From Mobula hypostoma (taxonomy: Eukaryota), in NCBI RefSeq assembly GCF_963921235.1, contig NC_086108.1, positions 44,952,001 through 45,016,000 of the forward strand: a DNA stretch of 64,000 bases, written 5' to 3'. The number at the start of each line of letters is the position of its first letter. The stretch's first letter is position 1. The notes under the pieces are model-generated. The model was not told where the DNA came from. It did not search any database and saw nothing but the letters and a program-made list of their open reading frames with translations. This document shows positions 12,380-25,409 of the stretch, in pieces. Position numbers and translations under genes: made by a program.

Positions 12380-15050
12380 TACAGAACGCAAAGTGTTGTA
12401 TCTCAATGCATGGAGTATAAGAAGTAAGGTGGATGATCTTGTTGCACTTTTACAGATTGTCAGGTACAACGTTGTGGCCATCACTGAATCATGGCTGAAG
12501 GGTGGTTATAATTGGGAGCTGAATGTCCTAGGTTACACATTGTATCGGAAGGATAGGACGGTAGGCAGAGGAGAAGGTGTGGCTCTGCTGGTAAAGAATG
12601 GCATCAAATCAGTGGAAAGATGTGACATAGGATCAGAAGATGTTGAATCCTTCTGGATTGAGTTAAGAAACTACCCGGGTGAAAGGACCCTGATGGCAGT
12701 TATGTACAGGCCTCCAAACAGTAGCTGGGATGTGATTCCAGTGACAGATCACAATGTAAAACAGAAAAGGTGTGCCAAAAGGGTTATGTTCTGATAGTCA
12801 TGGGAGATTTTAACATGCGGATAGATGGAGAAGTTCAGATTGGTAATGGATCCTAAGAGATGGAATTTGTTGAATGCCATTAAGATGGCTTTTTAGAGCA
12901 GTTGGTCATTGAGCCTACCAGGCTATACTGGATTGGGTTTTATTGTCGTAAATCAGAGATGATTAGGGAGCTTAAGGTAAGGAACCCTTTGGAGACAGTG
13001 ATCACAATATGATTAAATTCAATATAAAATTTGATAGGGAGAAAGTAAAGTCTGACGTAGCAGTATTTCAGTGGAGTAAAGGAAATTACAGTGATATGAG
13101 AGAAGAGTTGGGTAAAATAAACTGGAAGGAGATGCTGGCAGGGATGACAGCATGAGTTTCTGGAAAAATGAGGAAGGCGCAGGATAGATGTATTCCAAAG
13201 ATGAAGAAATACTCAAATGGCAAAATAGTACAACCATATCTGACAAGGAAAGTCAAAGCTAATGTAAAAGCAAAAGACAGGGCATACAACAAAGCAAAAA
13301 TTAGTGGGAAGACAGAAAGCTTTTAAAGACCTACAGAAAGCAACTAAAAGAATCATTTGTAGGGAAAAGATGAAATATGAAAGCAAGCCAGCAAACAATA
13401 TCAAAGTGGATAGAAAAAACTTTTTGAGGTATGTAAAAAAGAAGGGATGAGAGTGGATATAGGGCCGCTAGAAAATGAGGCCAGAGAAATAACGGGGGAT
13501 AAGGAGATGGCAGATGAACTAAATGAGTATTTTGCATCAGTGTTCACTGTGGAAGACATAAGCAGTGTGTCAGATGTTGAAGACTGTGAAGGAAGAGAAG
13601 TAAGTGCAGTTACTATTACAAGGGAGAAGGTGCTCAAAAAGCTGAAAGACCTAAAGGTACATACGTCACCCGAACCAGATGAACTGCACCCTAGGGTTCT
13701 GAAAGAGGTAGTGGTAGATATTGTGGAAGCATTAGTAATGATCTTTCAAGAAGCATTGGACTCTGGCATGGTTCTGGAGGACTGAAAAATTGCAAATGTC
13801 ACTCCACTCTTTAAGAAAGGAGGAAGGCAGCAGAACGTTAATTATAGACCAGATAGCCTGACCTCGAGTACTTCATGACACAGGACAAGATAGAACAAAG
13901 TCAGCATGGTTTCCTTCAGGGAAAATCCTGCCTGACAAACTTGTTGGAATTCTTTGAGGAGATTGCAAGTAGAATAGATATACAGGGTGCAGTGGATGTT
14001 GTACATTTTTGGATTTTCAGAAGGCCTTTGACAGGGTGCCACCTAGGAAGCTGCTTACCTAGTTAAGAGTTTATGGTATTACAGGAAAGTTACTGGCATG
14101 GTTAGAGCATTGGCCGATTGGTAGGAGGCAATGAGAGGGAATAAAAGGATCCTTTTCTGGTTGGTGATTAGAGGTGTTCGACAGAGGTTGGTGTTGGGAC
14201 TGCTTCTTGTTACGCTGTATGCCAGTGATTTGGATGATGGAATAGGTGGCTTTGTTGCCAAGTTTGCAAATGACATGAAGATTGGTGGGCGGGCAGGTAG
14301 TGTTGAGGAAACAGGAAGGCTGCAGAAGGGCTTAGACAGATTAGGAGAATGGGTAAGAAATTGGAAAATGAAATACAATGTTGCAAAATGCACGGTCATG
14401 CACTTTGCTGAAGAAATAAATGTGCAGACTATATTCTAAATGGGGAGAAAATCCAAAAATCTGAGATGCAAAGGGACTTGGGAGTCCTTGTGCAGAACAC
14501 CCCAAAGGTTTACTTGCAGGTTGAGTCAGTGGTGAGGAAGGCAAATGCAATGTTAGCATTCTTTTCAAGAGGTCTAGAATACAAGAGCAGGGATGTGATG
14601 CCGAGGATTTATAAGGTACTGGTGATGCCTCACCCTGAGTATTGTGAACAGTTTTGGGCTCTTTACCTAAGAAAAGATGTGCTGGCATTGGAGAGGGTTC
14701 AGAAAGATGATTTCAGGAATGAAAGGGTTATCATATGAGGAACATTTGATGGCTCTGGGTCTGTACTCACTGGAATTTAGAAGGACGAGGAGAGATCTCT
14801 TTGAAACCTTTCCAAAGTTGAAAGGCCTAGACAGAGTAGATGTGGAAAGGATGTTTCCCATGGTAGGAGAGTCTAGGATAAGAGGGCGCAGCCTCAGTAT
14901 ATAGGGGGCGCCCATTTAAAACAGAGATGCAGAGAGATTTCTTTTGCCAGAGGGTAATGAATTTGTGGAATTTGTTATCACAGTAGCTGTGGAGGCCAAT
15001 TCGTTGTGTGTATTTAAGGTGGAGATTGGTTCTTCATTGGCCATGGCATC
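12380..15050 (+). pseudogene. CR1 ORF2 remnant: APE endonuclease plus reverse transcriptase
   Basis: LYLNAWSI, VAITESWL, YRPPNS, MGDFN, SDH, QHGFLQGKSCLTNLLEFF, AKFAND, YCEQFW and LGLYSLE motifs. Confidence 0.92.
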
Positions 15051-15557
15051 AAAGGTTATAGGGAGAACACTGGGGAGTTGGGCTGAGGAGGGGACAAAAA
15101 AGATCAGCCATGACTGAATGGCAGAAAAGACTTGATGGGTCAAATGGCCCAATTCTGCTCCTATGTATTATGGTCTTATAGTAAAAAATTTAGCGAATTC
15201 TTCATGAGTACTGAACATATTGGAAATCTGATATTAAAATAACAAATGTTAAAAATGTCCATCATGTCAAGCAGCATCTGTGAAGTGAAAAAGACAGTTT
15301 CTTGGATGCCTCTTCAGGACATATGGTTCTTTCCAAAAGATTTGCTTTGAGGTCAAAATCAAGACTTTAAAAATTGTCTCAGATTCCTGTTTGTTGTTTC
15401 CCAAGGCTTCAAAAATGCAGGACTACGCAAAATTCATAGGCACATCTAAAAATATTCTATATAGCAAAGAAGCTTTCAAAAATAATGAAATCAAAAATTT
15501 CTAAATATCAAAAAAATTACTTGAAAGAGCAGTTAAACAGTGAAAAGCTAAATCTTA

Positions 15558-15770
15558 CCGATATTTGGTATGATCACCATTTGCCTTTAAAATCGCATCA
15601 CTTCTCTTTGGTACACTGTCATACAGTTTTATAAGAAAATTGCTGGTAGGTTGTTCCAAGCTTCTTGGAGAACTTGCCACAGTTTTTCTGCAGTCTTTGG
15701 ATGTCTCGCTTAATCCCAAACAGCCTTGATGATGTTGAGATCAGTGCTCTGTGGAGACCATACCATCTGA
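15558..15770 (-). mobile_element. Tc1-family transposase C-terminal remnant
   Basis: Minus strand reads VWSPQSTDLNIIKAVWD*...LWQVLQEAWNNLP, frameshift, LIKLYDSVPKRSDAILKANGDHTKY; matches the Tc1 WPxQSPDLNPIE...TKY end. Confidence 0.85.
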
Positions 15771-16371
15771 AACCATATAAAGAACCTAGGGTGCCTACGT
15801 GATTTTTTTTCCTCAGCACCCAATAATATATTTTCTTTATACAGTCTTCACATTCTTCCAAATTATGCCTGGGATCAGGCAGTTGTTATTTAATTTCTCT
15901 TCTTTCCACCGGTAGAGAATGCATTTCCAGGATTAATCGTATTACATATTCATGTTTATTTAACATTCATGAAAAATCTACTATTTGTTAAATGAGGAAA
16001 ATTCACAACTTCCCTGCCCATTAATGGTTAACCTCCTAAAAGACGTTAAACTGGAAATGACCATGATCGCATCAGCCAGATTGAAAGGTGTGTTGCCCAC
16101 TGCTCTTCTGAGTTATATGCATTGGGTCACATGGAAGAGTCTATGAGTACACTCCATCAAATGCGTCTGGATAAGCTGTTGGCTAGTGTGGAACTGAGCA
16201 GATGCTGGATCTCATGAGCTTGGAGTCAGGCAAACTGGATTTGTAAAAAGCCAGAATGACAGAAAAATGAATGTTCTTGTATATAGGCAAAGTATTAATT
16301 GAGATGCTGGAATCCGAGATCTGTTTCAATATACTGTTTGTAAGTATCTCAATATCACTTAGAATTTTAAA

Positions 16372-16389
16372 CCTCCACTAGGGGGCTGG
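16372..16389 (+). promoter_or_regulatory. Candidate CTCF site
   Basis: CCACTAGGGGGC at 16375-16386 matches the CCACYAGRKGGC core, in unique sequence about 2.2 kb from the CpG island. Confidence 0.5.
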
Positions 16390-18399
16390 TTTAACTGGTC
16401 TCAGCAAATTCAGAAAGATTTAGTGGAGGAGGACAACACAGCCTGAAATGTTGAAGGAAAATGGGCATCAAGCACATTGAAGAGAATTACAATATTGTCA
16501 AAGAACTGGAGAGTTAAATAAAAAGATACCATGCAGGGCAAGGTACAGCACAGCATTCCATGGTCAAATATTGCCTAGCTTTGACTGACATTTGAAGTTA
16601 CTTGGCTTCAATAATCTTTTGGCTATTGGCATTGTTGTTTAGTCCTACAAATAACAAAGTGAGGATCCACTAATATGCCCAGTTTAATTGGCGGACATAC
16701 ATTGCTTGATTATGGAGTGAGATTAGAAATATTAGCAAGATCCATGCACCATGGAGCCTATTAATTTTTGATGTGCGCACACTGAGCACAAAATAGTTGC
16801 ATATAGCTTGCAAGAAAATTAATACATTTGATAGCAGTTGAGAAGATTGAGTCAGGAGATGTAGACTTGAAATGGATAGATTTCACTTCACTGTATTTGA
16901 TTTGCACATTAAGGAGGCAACCGATACAGATGTTCACCTGATTGTCTCAGGAAATCAAGGATACATTTTCAAGATTTTCTATTCGCTATCTACAATCTGC
17001 TGAAATTGTTAAGAATGATGAGAAAATTTAGTGCACACAACCACCAGCAAACAAGGGGTTTACATTTATTGGCCCAACAGATTTCCATAATGGAATTTCC
17101 GACATTTGCTGTTTCCTTTTTTTCTCTACACATCAACAGCATTCCTGAGTGCTCTTCCACTTTCCCCTTCAATCTTGCCCATTCCTCTGACAAGGCTTAC
17201 TCATGGACACATAGAGGCTAGATGTACTCTCCACCAAGCAACCTTTCTTCATATATGATCTTTTAACCGTTTATAAGATACAAAATCATATGTTGAATTC
17301 CGAGGCTGAGAACATTAGCTGATTTTTTTTCCCTTTTACCCCTTGCCATCTTACCATGTGCATCATCTCATTTATCCAACCGAGCCTGCCGGTGGGTCTA
17401 ACTGTTGTTGTTTGATTGGGGCAGTGGAAAGCAGATTTCAAACCCATGAGTTCTGGAGTTTGTTATCAATGCCACAGTAGTTGCTATCTCCACTCTCTTA
17501 ACTTTAAATTAGTCCCTCAAGTTCTTACCAGACCAATTTTGGTGAATTACCAACAGAACTTAAAACACTGCAGATGCTGAAGAGCTGAAATAAAAATAGG
17601 AACAGCTGAGCTATTCAATCAAGGTGTAATGAGAAATGGCTGTTAACGTTTCAATTCCTCAGAATTGTACATTGCAAAAATAAATTATTGCAAAAACCTT
17701 GTGAGGATTATCAGAGATGTTGGATGAGAGAAGTTTTACTTGGGATTATAATGATGACTTACAGAACTAAGAGGCAAGGCTTCAAACAAATCAACAAATT
17801 ATTATGCAAAACAGTTGTAAATAAAATCTTGGTATCTCTTAACGACTGTGAAGAGAGATGTTTTACTACGCAGGAATAATCATCCTGAATTTTTGAAAGA
17901 GTGAAGAAATTTGCAGAACTTTTGTGGAGAATTATTACAAAGAAATGCTGCGAGGAAAAGCTGTAATTTAGAACTTCTGTGAGGCAAGATCTGATTGTAG
18001 CAGTGCTGTGACGGAAGGATTCAGCACAGAGCAGCTAGTTGGAATGTTTCATACAGAACTGTGGTAAGAGAAAGTCTAACCCTAACCCCAATTGTCTTGT
18101 ATTTTTTCCGTAAGGTATCTTTGCACTTCCACATTTATCCTACTGAACAAATTATTTTAAATAATTACGAGATGGAATAATCTTTATTATGAATATTAAA
18201 TGCTGAGACAGAATTAAGTTCGTAAATGCAAATGCATATTATTTCTTGTTGCCCTGCCTGACCAGTATTACAAATCGCAATGTGCAAATTCCATTGTGCT
18301 TACTAACCACAGGGAATAGTTGTGCAGATAATGTTTGGTAGAACATTTTCCATTAACGAGGTCGCATTTCTTTTTAGTGCCTGCAAATCTTTGAAAATT

Positions 18400-18830
18400 A
18401 ATTTCAGGGACTGTAGTTCGCCGAATACGCATCAGAGATGGGTTGAACTAAACAGAGCTCACTCCGACCGTTCATGGTCCTTGCACCCTCTGTAGCATTT
18501 GCTCATGCTCTCGGGATCATTCAGAAGCGAACCCCAATCTTTCACGGATGCATTTGGAAATGATCTTGCCGCTTGTTTGTTCCTTGTCTTTTCCCAGGAC
18601 CGGGAAGGAAACCTCCTCGAGACTGGTCGGCGAGAACGCTTGCTGTTGATTGGTGGAGCGCCCGCGGCTTTGTCTCCTGTGTGACTAACCCGGCTGTCAA
18701 TCAGTGGCGCGGCTCCCGTCCCACCCGCCGCACTTCACTGCTTGGGGCCAGGGGCCAGCAAAAACTCGCAACACTCTGGGATCCTGCGATGCACTCAACA
18801 TCTTGTTTCATGCGATGTTCTCATTCAGGT
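18400..18830. promoter_or_regulatory. CpG-rich promoter-like island, possibly with a first exon
   Basis: The only CpG-dense stretch I saw outside transposons; GATTGG (reverse CCAAT) at about 18649, GTCAATCAG at about 18696, GC-box-like CCCACCCGCC at about 18720, possible donor CAG|GTACTT at 18828/18829. Confidence 0.65.
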
Positions 18831-21800
18831 ACTTCTTATACATCTATATAACTTGAATTTTCAATTGTCAAAGAAAATTAAATCTACCAAGATATTTAAA
18901 GGTTGATATTATTATTCTATACAGAGAATGCTTTTTTTTTGAAAATCCGTTGCTATTTTACTTCAGTATCTGTCAATTCACTAATATTTGTATATTACAT
19001 TTATGCTTTCGCAGTATGAGAAAAGTGCACAAAGTTAATTTAAAAACGTTTGTCAGTGAATGAAGTGTTTTTTCTTGAGGAAAATGTACCTTATAAAGTA
19101 ATCTGTTCAGGTGCAAACCTATCTTAAACGTGTCTGAAATTCTTAAAAAAAAACTACCTGTGTGGATTTGTAAATTCTTGGTTTAAAATATTTAGAACTC
19201 TTGTATCTGTGAGACTCGGGGAGATGAGCATAAAAGATTTTTGGGCATATTTATAAAGTGAGATGAATATAACAGCATGAGTAGTGCTTAAATTGTAACC
19301 ATGGTAAAGGCAGAATTGTGCCAGAGTATGATGAGTAGATGTACATATTTATTGAAAGTTTCTTGTGTCCTAATCAAACGGAAGTTGTCTGAGATTGTGC
19401 TCTTGGATTTAGGATTTTGATTGAGTTGTTTATGTCATGAAAGAATGTATTCTGGATTTAACAGCTGCTGGACAGGAGGGGACAATTAAATTAAAAAAAT
19501 TTAGAATAATTCCTGGTAATGCACCTTACTTTGACAGACTCATGTAATGGTAATATTGTGGGTTTTAACCCTATTAGTCATCACTTGAAAGCATGTGTAA
19601 TGTCTGAAATGGATGAAGAGAGTAATTAGGGACAATATGCAACCACAGGTAACAGGCACTGCATGTTAGAAAAACTGGTGCTTTGAAAGCTGGTTCTATA
19701 CTTAATATATTTTAACCTATGCAATATTGTTTAAAGCTGCATGTAACTCTCCAAAGACGTCACAGTATGTTTTACTAGTACAGAGTGACTGAGATTGATG
19801 GTAGTCTATGCAAGCACACTTCTTGTATTGATTCATCATGAAAATACTTGTTTTTTAACCAAAGATCTATTTTGGAAGCACAACTTGATTTTATCAGAGT
19901 ATACACAGTAGGTATTTGAAATTGTTGTAGCTTGCAAAAGATATTTTCAGAGTTAGTGAGCTTTCTGTCTCTACCTCTAGGAAAAATATCATGAAGATTT
20001 CTCTTTGATACTTCGATTTCTTCATTTTTAAATATTGTCCCATATATTATATAACTGATGTACAGATTATAGCATGCTGGGAACCGCATGCAAGTCCAAA
20101 TATTTAGTCATTGTCAATGATTTTGATCACGTGTCTAAAAAAGCACAGCCTTTAAATACATTTATTTCTTCTATATAAAAGGTGGTTTGTATCAGACAGT
20201 TGTGAGAACAGTTTGGCCTGTTTGATTCTGTAATTGAGATTAATTGTTTGAAATCTGTTGCCTATTATATAATGAGCTTTGAGCTTAGGGGTGCAAACTA
20301 AATCAGGTTAGTTTCACCCTTTGATATTTCTCTGCCCTCCACTGAGACCTTGGAATCTGTTAGAATGCTAGTTTATGGCTGATGCCAGCCTTATGGTACC
20401 TGAATCAATTGTCCATTCTTCACATCTATGGATAGAATATGAACCAGCCATTTGTCCTGGGAAAGATTGTAGTGGGTTTGATCCTGTCCTCCTCCGGTGA
20501 GCAAAACTTTTAATCTTCATTGATTTTAATCTTTGGAGCACAATTTTATTGGTTCATTGCTGGTGTGGGAGGGGAATTGTTCCAACGAACCCCACTCCCC
20601 AAAAGTGAGTTTTTTGTTTATTTGAAGAGTACTATATTAATCTTGTTTTTTTTTTACTTTGGGCGAGAAACCAATGTTGAATATATTAGGATCTAAATGT
20701 AACTTTTGGTATGTTTTAATTTTGAGTTAAATTTAAAGAAATCAGATGACTATAATTGTCTTTGCGTAAAAATATTTTGCACAATTTATTAGATTTAGTA
20801 CTGTTATTATTTTGTCATTATGTTTCTTGCACTGCAGTGATACACTAGTTAATACCTGGAGAACTGCCTTCCCCCTGTTGTACTTCATTTGAAACACGTT
20901 AAGTTTGGTTTCCAGTCAGTAGCGTCTACAGTTTTCCTATAAAGTCTGATGATTGTGAATGTAACTTATGGCTTTGTGACTCAGTGGGTAAGAATTATAT
21001 TGAGACAAGCAGCATTTGAGGCTTGATCTTTGAAGTGCCGCTGAGGAAGCTGAGCTCAACTGGAGAGGCATTTGTTTTGCTGTAAAAGTTCCCGAGGTAT
21101 CTGTAATGCAAGTGCAAGTGTGCAATTGGTTGGTTGAGATCAGGTTTAGACTTGGCTCTGATCCCCTACGTGGTCACTTTGCTGAAAAACAATCCAAAAT
21201 CTTTGCCCACAAATGAAGGTAGGTCCCAGCTGGACAGTCAGACGTGTCATTGCACTGCCGGCAAGGATCAGTTCCTTTTGCCATGAAAGGGAAACCACTT
21301 AAGGGACAAGAACAGCTGTTTGAACATGCCAAGTGCATCTTTGTTTTTATCTTTGGAAGAAATATCTAAAAACATATTCTTGACAGTTATTTTGTTCTAA
21401 ATGCTTAAAGGGAATAAAATTTACACAGCAGAGGTACTGTATCACAAACCCTGGGGCGAATAATGGGCACCAAATGCCTGCAGTGAGAGATTATTCAGCA
21501 GTGACTTCTTCAACAAATAATAGGATCCTCAATGTGATTTCACAAATTATTGCTCCCATTGGGAATGAAATGTCATAGTGCAACATGGTCTCTAGTGTAT
21601 CTCAGAGGACTTGCATGGGGATGTGATTCATGTACTATCTACTGATACCAAAGTGCAAGCTAGTTTAAAGGGGTTTCAGTTTGCAAATAAAGTACAATGC
21701 CCTAATCATTCTAAGTAGTAGCTCCCTGAAGATCCACAACATTAAGCATAAGGGACCACATGAAAATGTTTTGATACCTATCTGAAAAACTATTCAGTCC

Positions 21801-22349
21801 CCAGTAATACCCACATACCAAGAAAAATGTATGACCACAGTAGCCATGGTCAATTTGTTGGAAATTGCTTAAAACCATAAATTGTAAACTGAAATTGTTG
21901 AAGATGAATAAGTTTATCGAGTCAATGGTCTGTTGAGATCCACATGTAACTGAAGAACACTTCTGTCAGGAACTGGTTAGTCCAATTTCCATTTTAAGCC
22001 CTAGATTGCAGGGTGAGAGATTTCTTTCAATAATGTAAATTGATGTTCAAAATTAAATATTTAGGCACTGTTAAGTGAAAGAGCAACATGCTTACCGGAT
22101 TATTGTTGTAAATACACATCTTAATGAAGTGCAGTGAAAGATCTATATAATTCTACATGTGATTATAATGTGAAAAAAGCATAATATTTGGAGTACCTAG
22201 CAAAATGACCACATCAGGCTAACTCATAAAACTTGGAGATGGAAGATTTATTTCAGAGAGAAATTGTGATTTTATGTTTGTCAGGAAAGCTATATGGAAA
22301 CCAAGAAGCACCAATCAGTATATATTAAATAGAAGCATCCTTTTACTAA

Positions 22350-22865
22350 ATCTTCCTCACTTTATTCTTCTTTATTTTCCTTCATGGTCCCACTCTATTT
22401 TTCTCTACTGACATCCTTTTTTATTTCTCTATCTACATTTCATCCTTCTCTTCTGTTTTCATTTCTCCTGCACTCTCCTATATCCTGTTCTCCATTTTCT
22501 CCTATTCCTTCTCTCCACCGCCCATTAATTTTTCTCTCCTCTGCTCTCTATTCTCATCAGGCCTTTCTCCTCATTTGTCTTTGTTCTCCTTTCCTCTTTT
22601 CTCCTCTCCCTCTCTCCTCTCCTTTCCCCTTTCCCTATTATCCACTGATTCTTTCTTCTCATTCCTAGACCCCTCTTCCTTCTGTTCCCTTGTCTGGCTT
22701 TGTCTCATCTCCACTTTTCTGCTCCTTGCTGGTCACTTGTATTCTCTGCTGATGTGCTTTCTCATCTGTTCTGCCTTGCTCAGCAGTCTTCATTTTTTTT
22801 TCTTTTTTATTTTCTCCATCACATCCTCTCCACTGCTTTTTATCCCCTTCCATCTTTGTTCTTCA
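22350..22865 (+). repeat. Long CT-rich (polypyrimidine) low-complexity tract
   Basis: About 500 bp strongly enriched in C and T, with TTCTC/CTCCT-like units. Confidence 0.85.
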
Positions 22866-22879
22866 CTTTACACACAGAT

Positions 22880-23205
22880 AGAATCATAAGAGAAACACTG
22901 TGTAGAAATAGGCTTTTTAGATCACCAAGTCAATGCTGATGATCAAACACCAAATGATACTAATCAGGCATTAATCCCATTTTCTGTTCCCCAGGTTCTC
23001 AACGATGACTACATACAGATTCTACCACTCACCTACACACACAGGGGTCAACAGACCAGCCAATTAATCTAGAGCTTGTATGTGTTTGGATGTGGGAGGA
23101 AACCGATACAGTCACAGGGAAAGTGCAGACTCCACGCAGATACAGGTTTTCTGTGTCTTTGGTACTGCGGAACTGAACACCACTGTGCTGGAACTCTTTG
23201 CTCAG
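22880..23205 (-). mobile_element. SINE with CR1-like tail (decayed)
   Basis: TTTGGATGTGGGAGGAAACCG...GTCACAGGGAAAGTGCAGACTCCAC body, similar to 40990-41070. Confidence 0.55.
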
Positions 23206-25409
23206 CTTCTCCCCTTTTTCCTTTTCTCTCTTCTTCTCTCCTAAGCCTAAGACAGTCAATCTTCTTGTTCCATTACACCACCAACCCAGCATTTTGTCCC
23301 AAATACAATCTTTTCTTGCACAAGCTCAGTCAGAACAACCTGTACCCAAAATGAGAGTCTGTTCCGGTCTTTTCTCACATGCATACTGTAAAGCTGGAGA
23401 TAGCAGATAGTAACCTATAGATCAAACTTCCTTTGGTTATAGCGCATCCATCTCTACGGCTAAAATCATTTAGTAAAGGGAAGAAAATAGATTTTGCCTG
23501 ACACTTTGCAGGTGCAGTACTGTGTTAGATGGTGCAGGCACTCACCAAACCCATGTGCATTTAATCTATATAAAGGAAGTTGCATAGGTCTGTATTGCAA
23601 AGGTATTTCACTTGCATGAAATACCTTCACAACACAGACCTATGCAAATTCCTTTACATAACACATGTTTTCAATCCCTCTTGCCAGTCTAAGATATTTT
23701 TAATAAGTATTTATGTGTATAATATAATAAACAGCCAACACACAGTAAACACACCCTTTGAGGCTATTAGATGCCGTTCTGAACTACACAACATCCATTT
23801 CTGATTCATTTTTGCCTGTTAAGTATGAAACGTGAAATTAATTTGGGCAATCACCAGTCGCTTTCTGGAGGACATGCACTGCATGGATTTAATCTTTTGA
23901 AACCCTGTAAATGCAGAGTTTCAGGCATAGAAATAAGCCATCACAGCAAGAAGAGGGCAGCAGTCCAACATAATGGAAAATGCATGTCTTTGATTATGGG
24001 GAAGGGGAATCAATTCATTGTTGTAGGAAGCAATTTTAACGAAGTTGGCAGCTGCAGTTGTTATTAAACTACCCTTTAATATGTAGTCTCTTGTTTGAAT
24101 ACAGGGCAAAGTGATAGGTAAAAGTCCCTGTCCTTCCAATTTCTTTTGTGTTTGTCCAGATTTCCTCATTTGTAGCAACTTGTGACATGCTGTTATTGAA
24201 TCTTAAGGGTAATACAACACAGAAGCAGATATCTCAGTCTACTGACTCCTGTTGGTTTGATTGTTTTTTTTCCACCCTCATTCATTTAAAACATTTTTTT
24301 GCCCTGCTGAAAGTGCAAATTGGTAATGATGAGATTATCAGAGCACCCAGGGTTTTGGAGAATAAGGGACGGACATGCTGTCTCACTGAAGCATGACAAA
24401 TAAAAACACAGAAGGGAAGGAGGAACGACAGAAAGGAAGAGAATAAATTAGAGTCAGACCGACAAGATAGCGAGAAAAAGTTGATGGGAGGCGGGAGTGG
24501 GGACAAGTTAGTTCAAAGGAAAAGTAAGAAAGTATTGCATATTAAGCATTTCTAACGTGGAATCCCATCCCATAAAAATTATGTCATATTTTTGGCAAAG
24601 CTGCCTGAATCTAATCTGATCTTCATGCTCTTAAAAATTCTTTACCTGTTTTAAATATCTGCTGATTTTGAATGATGCAGCAGTTTCTGCTTTAATTAAT
24701 CACTGTACAGCATCTCAAGGACTTTATGATAAATAAAATCAACTTTGGCACTTGATCATTAATTCTTGAAATGGTATTTTCTTTACTCATTCTGCAAGTA
24801 CCATCTATCGTCAGAAAGCTACTTCCCATATATTGTATGTTCTGTATGGGGAGTTTCTTAGCATCAGTCTTAATTTTGCCTCTATTCTTCAAATGAATAA
24901 ACTCCAATCTACTCTCAGGATTTAAATTAAATATTGTTAGGAACCATCTTTTATTTTATTCCTTATGATAATATCCCAAGTTCATGAACCATGAGTTTGT
25001 GATCCAAGTTCAAACCTGGCATCTGCTACTGTTGGAATTTGATGGTTCTATGTTATTAAATTGAAAATTAGAAAATTCATGATATTGGTGTTTATTTTAA
25101 TTATTATATATAATATTTTATAATATAATAAATTAATATACATTATATTATGTAAACTTTATAGTTGATTGTAGATATAGTAGTAGGGTATCAGCCCAGT
25201 AGACTGAATTAGATAATAAAATGGGCACAAACAGGCAGATAAACCAATGAAACTGGTAATCCAATCATAATAAAGCAAAATCAATGAAGCAAATCATATG
25301 CCACGTGCCAAAACAGATCCAAGTCAGAGAAAATCTTGATCACATTCTATAGTTTTTAAATTTGTAATTTATTCAGTAATGGGGATTTACTGGCAAAACT
25401 AGCATTTAC

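Larger units (their letters stand above)
11132..15180 (+). mobile_element. Near full-length CR1 LINE (5' UTR, ORF1, ORF2, 3' tail), inactivated
   Basis: ORF1, APE endonuclease and RT remnants in colinear order, ending ...GCTCCTATGTATTATGGTCTTATA; many stops and frameshifts, plus a deletion near 13865. Confidence 0.95.

Noticed and set aside
16461..16517. MGIKHIEENYNIVKELES resembles the start of a kinase domain
   Set aside because: A stop codon follows immediately; no glycine-rich loop or other kinase exons found.
18407..18418. ACTACA-G-TCCC as a ZNF143/THAP11 motif
   Set aside because: Spacing is one base short of the ACTACAnnTCCC consensus and the downstream half matches poorly.
22384..22939. 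Hydrophobic, membrane-protein-like ORFs
   Set aside because: Artefact of translating the CT-rich tract.
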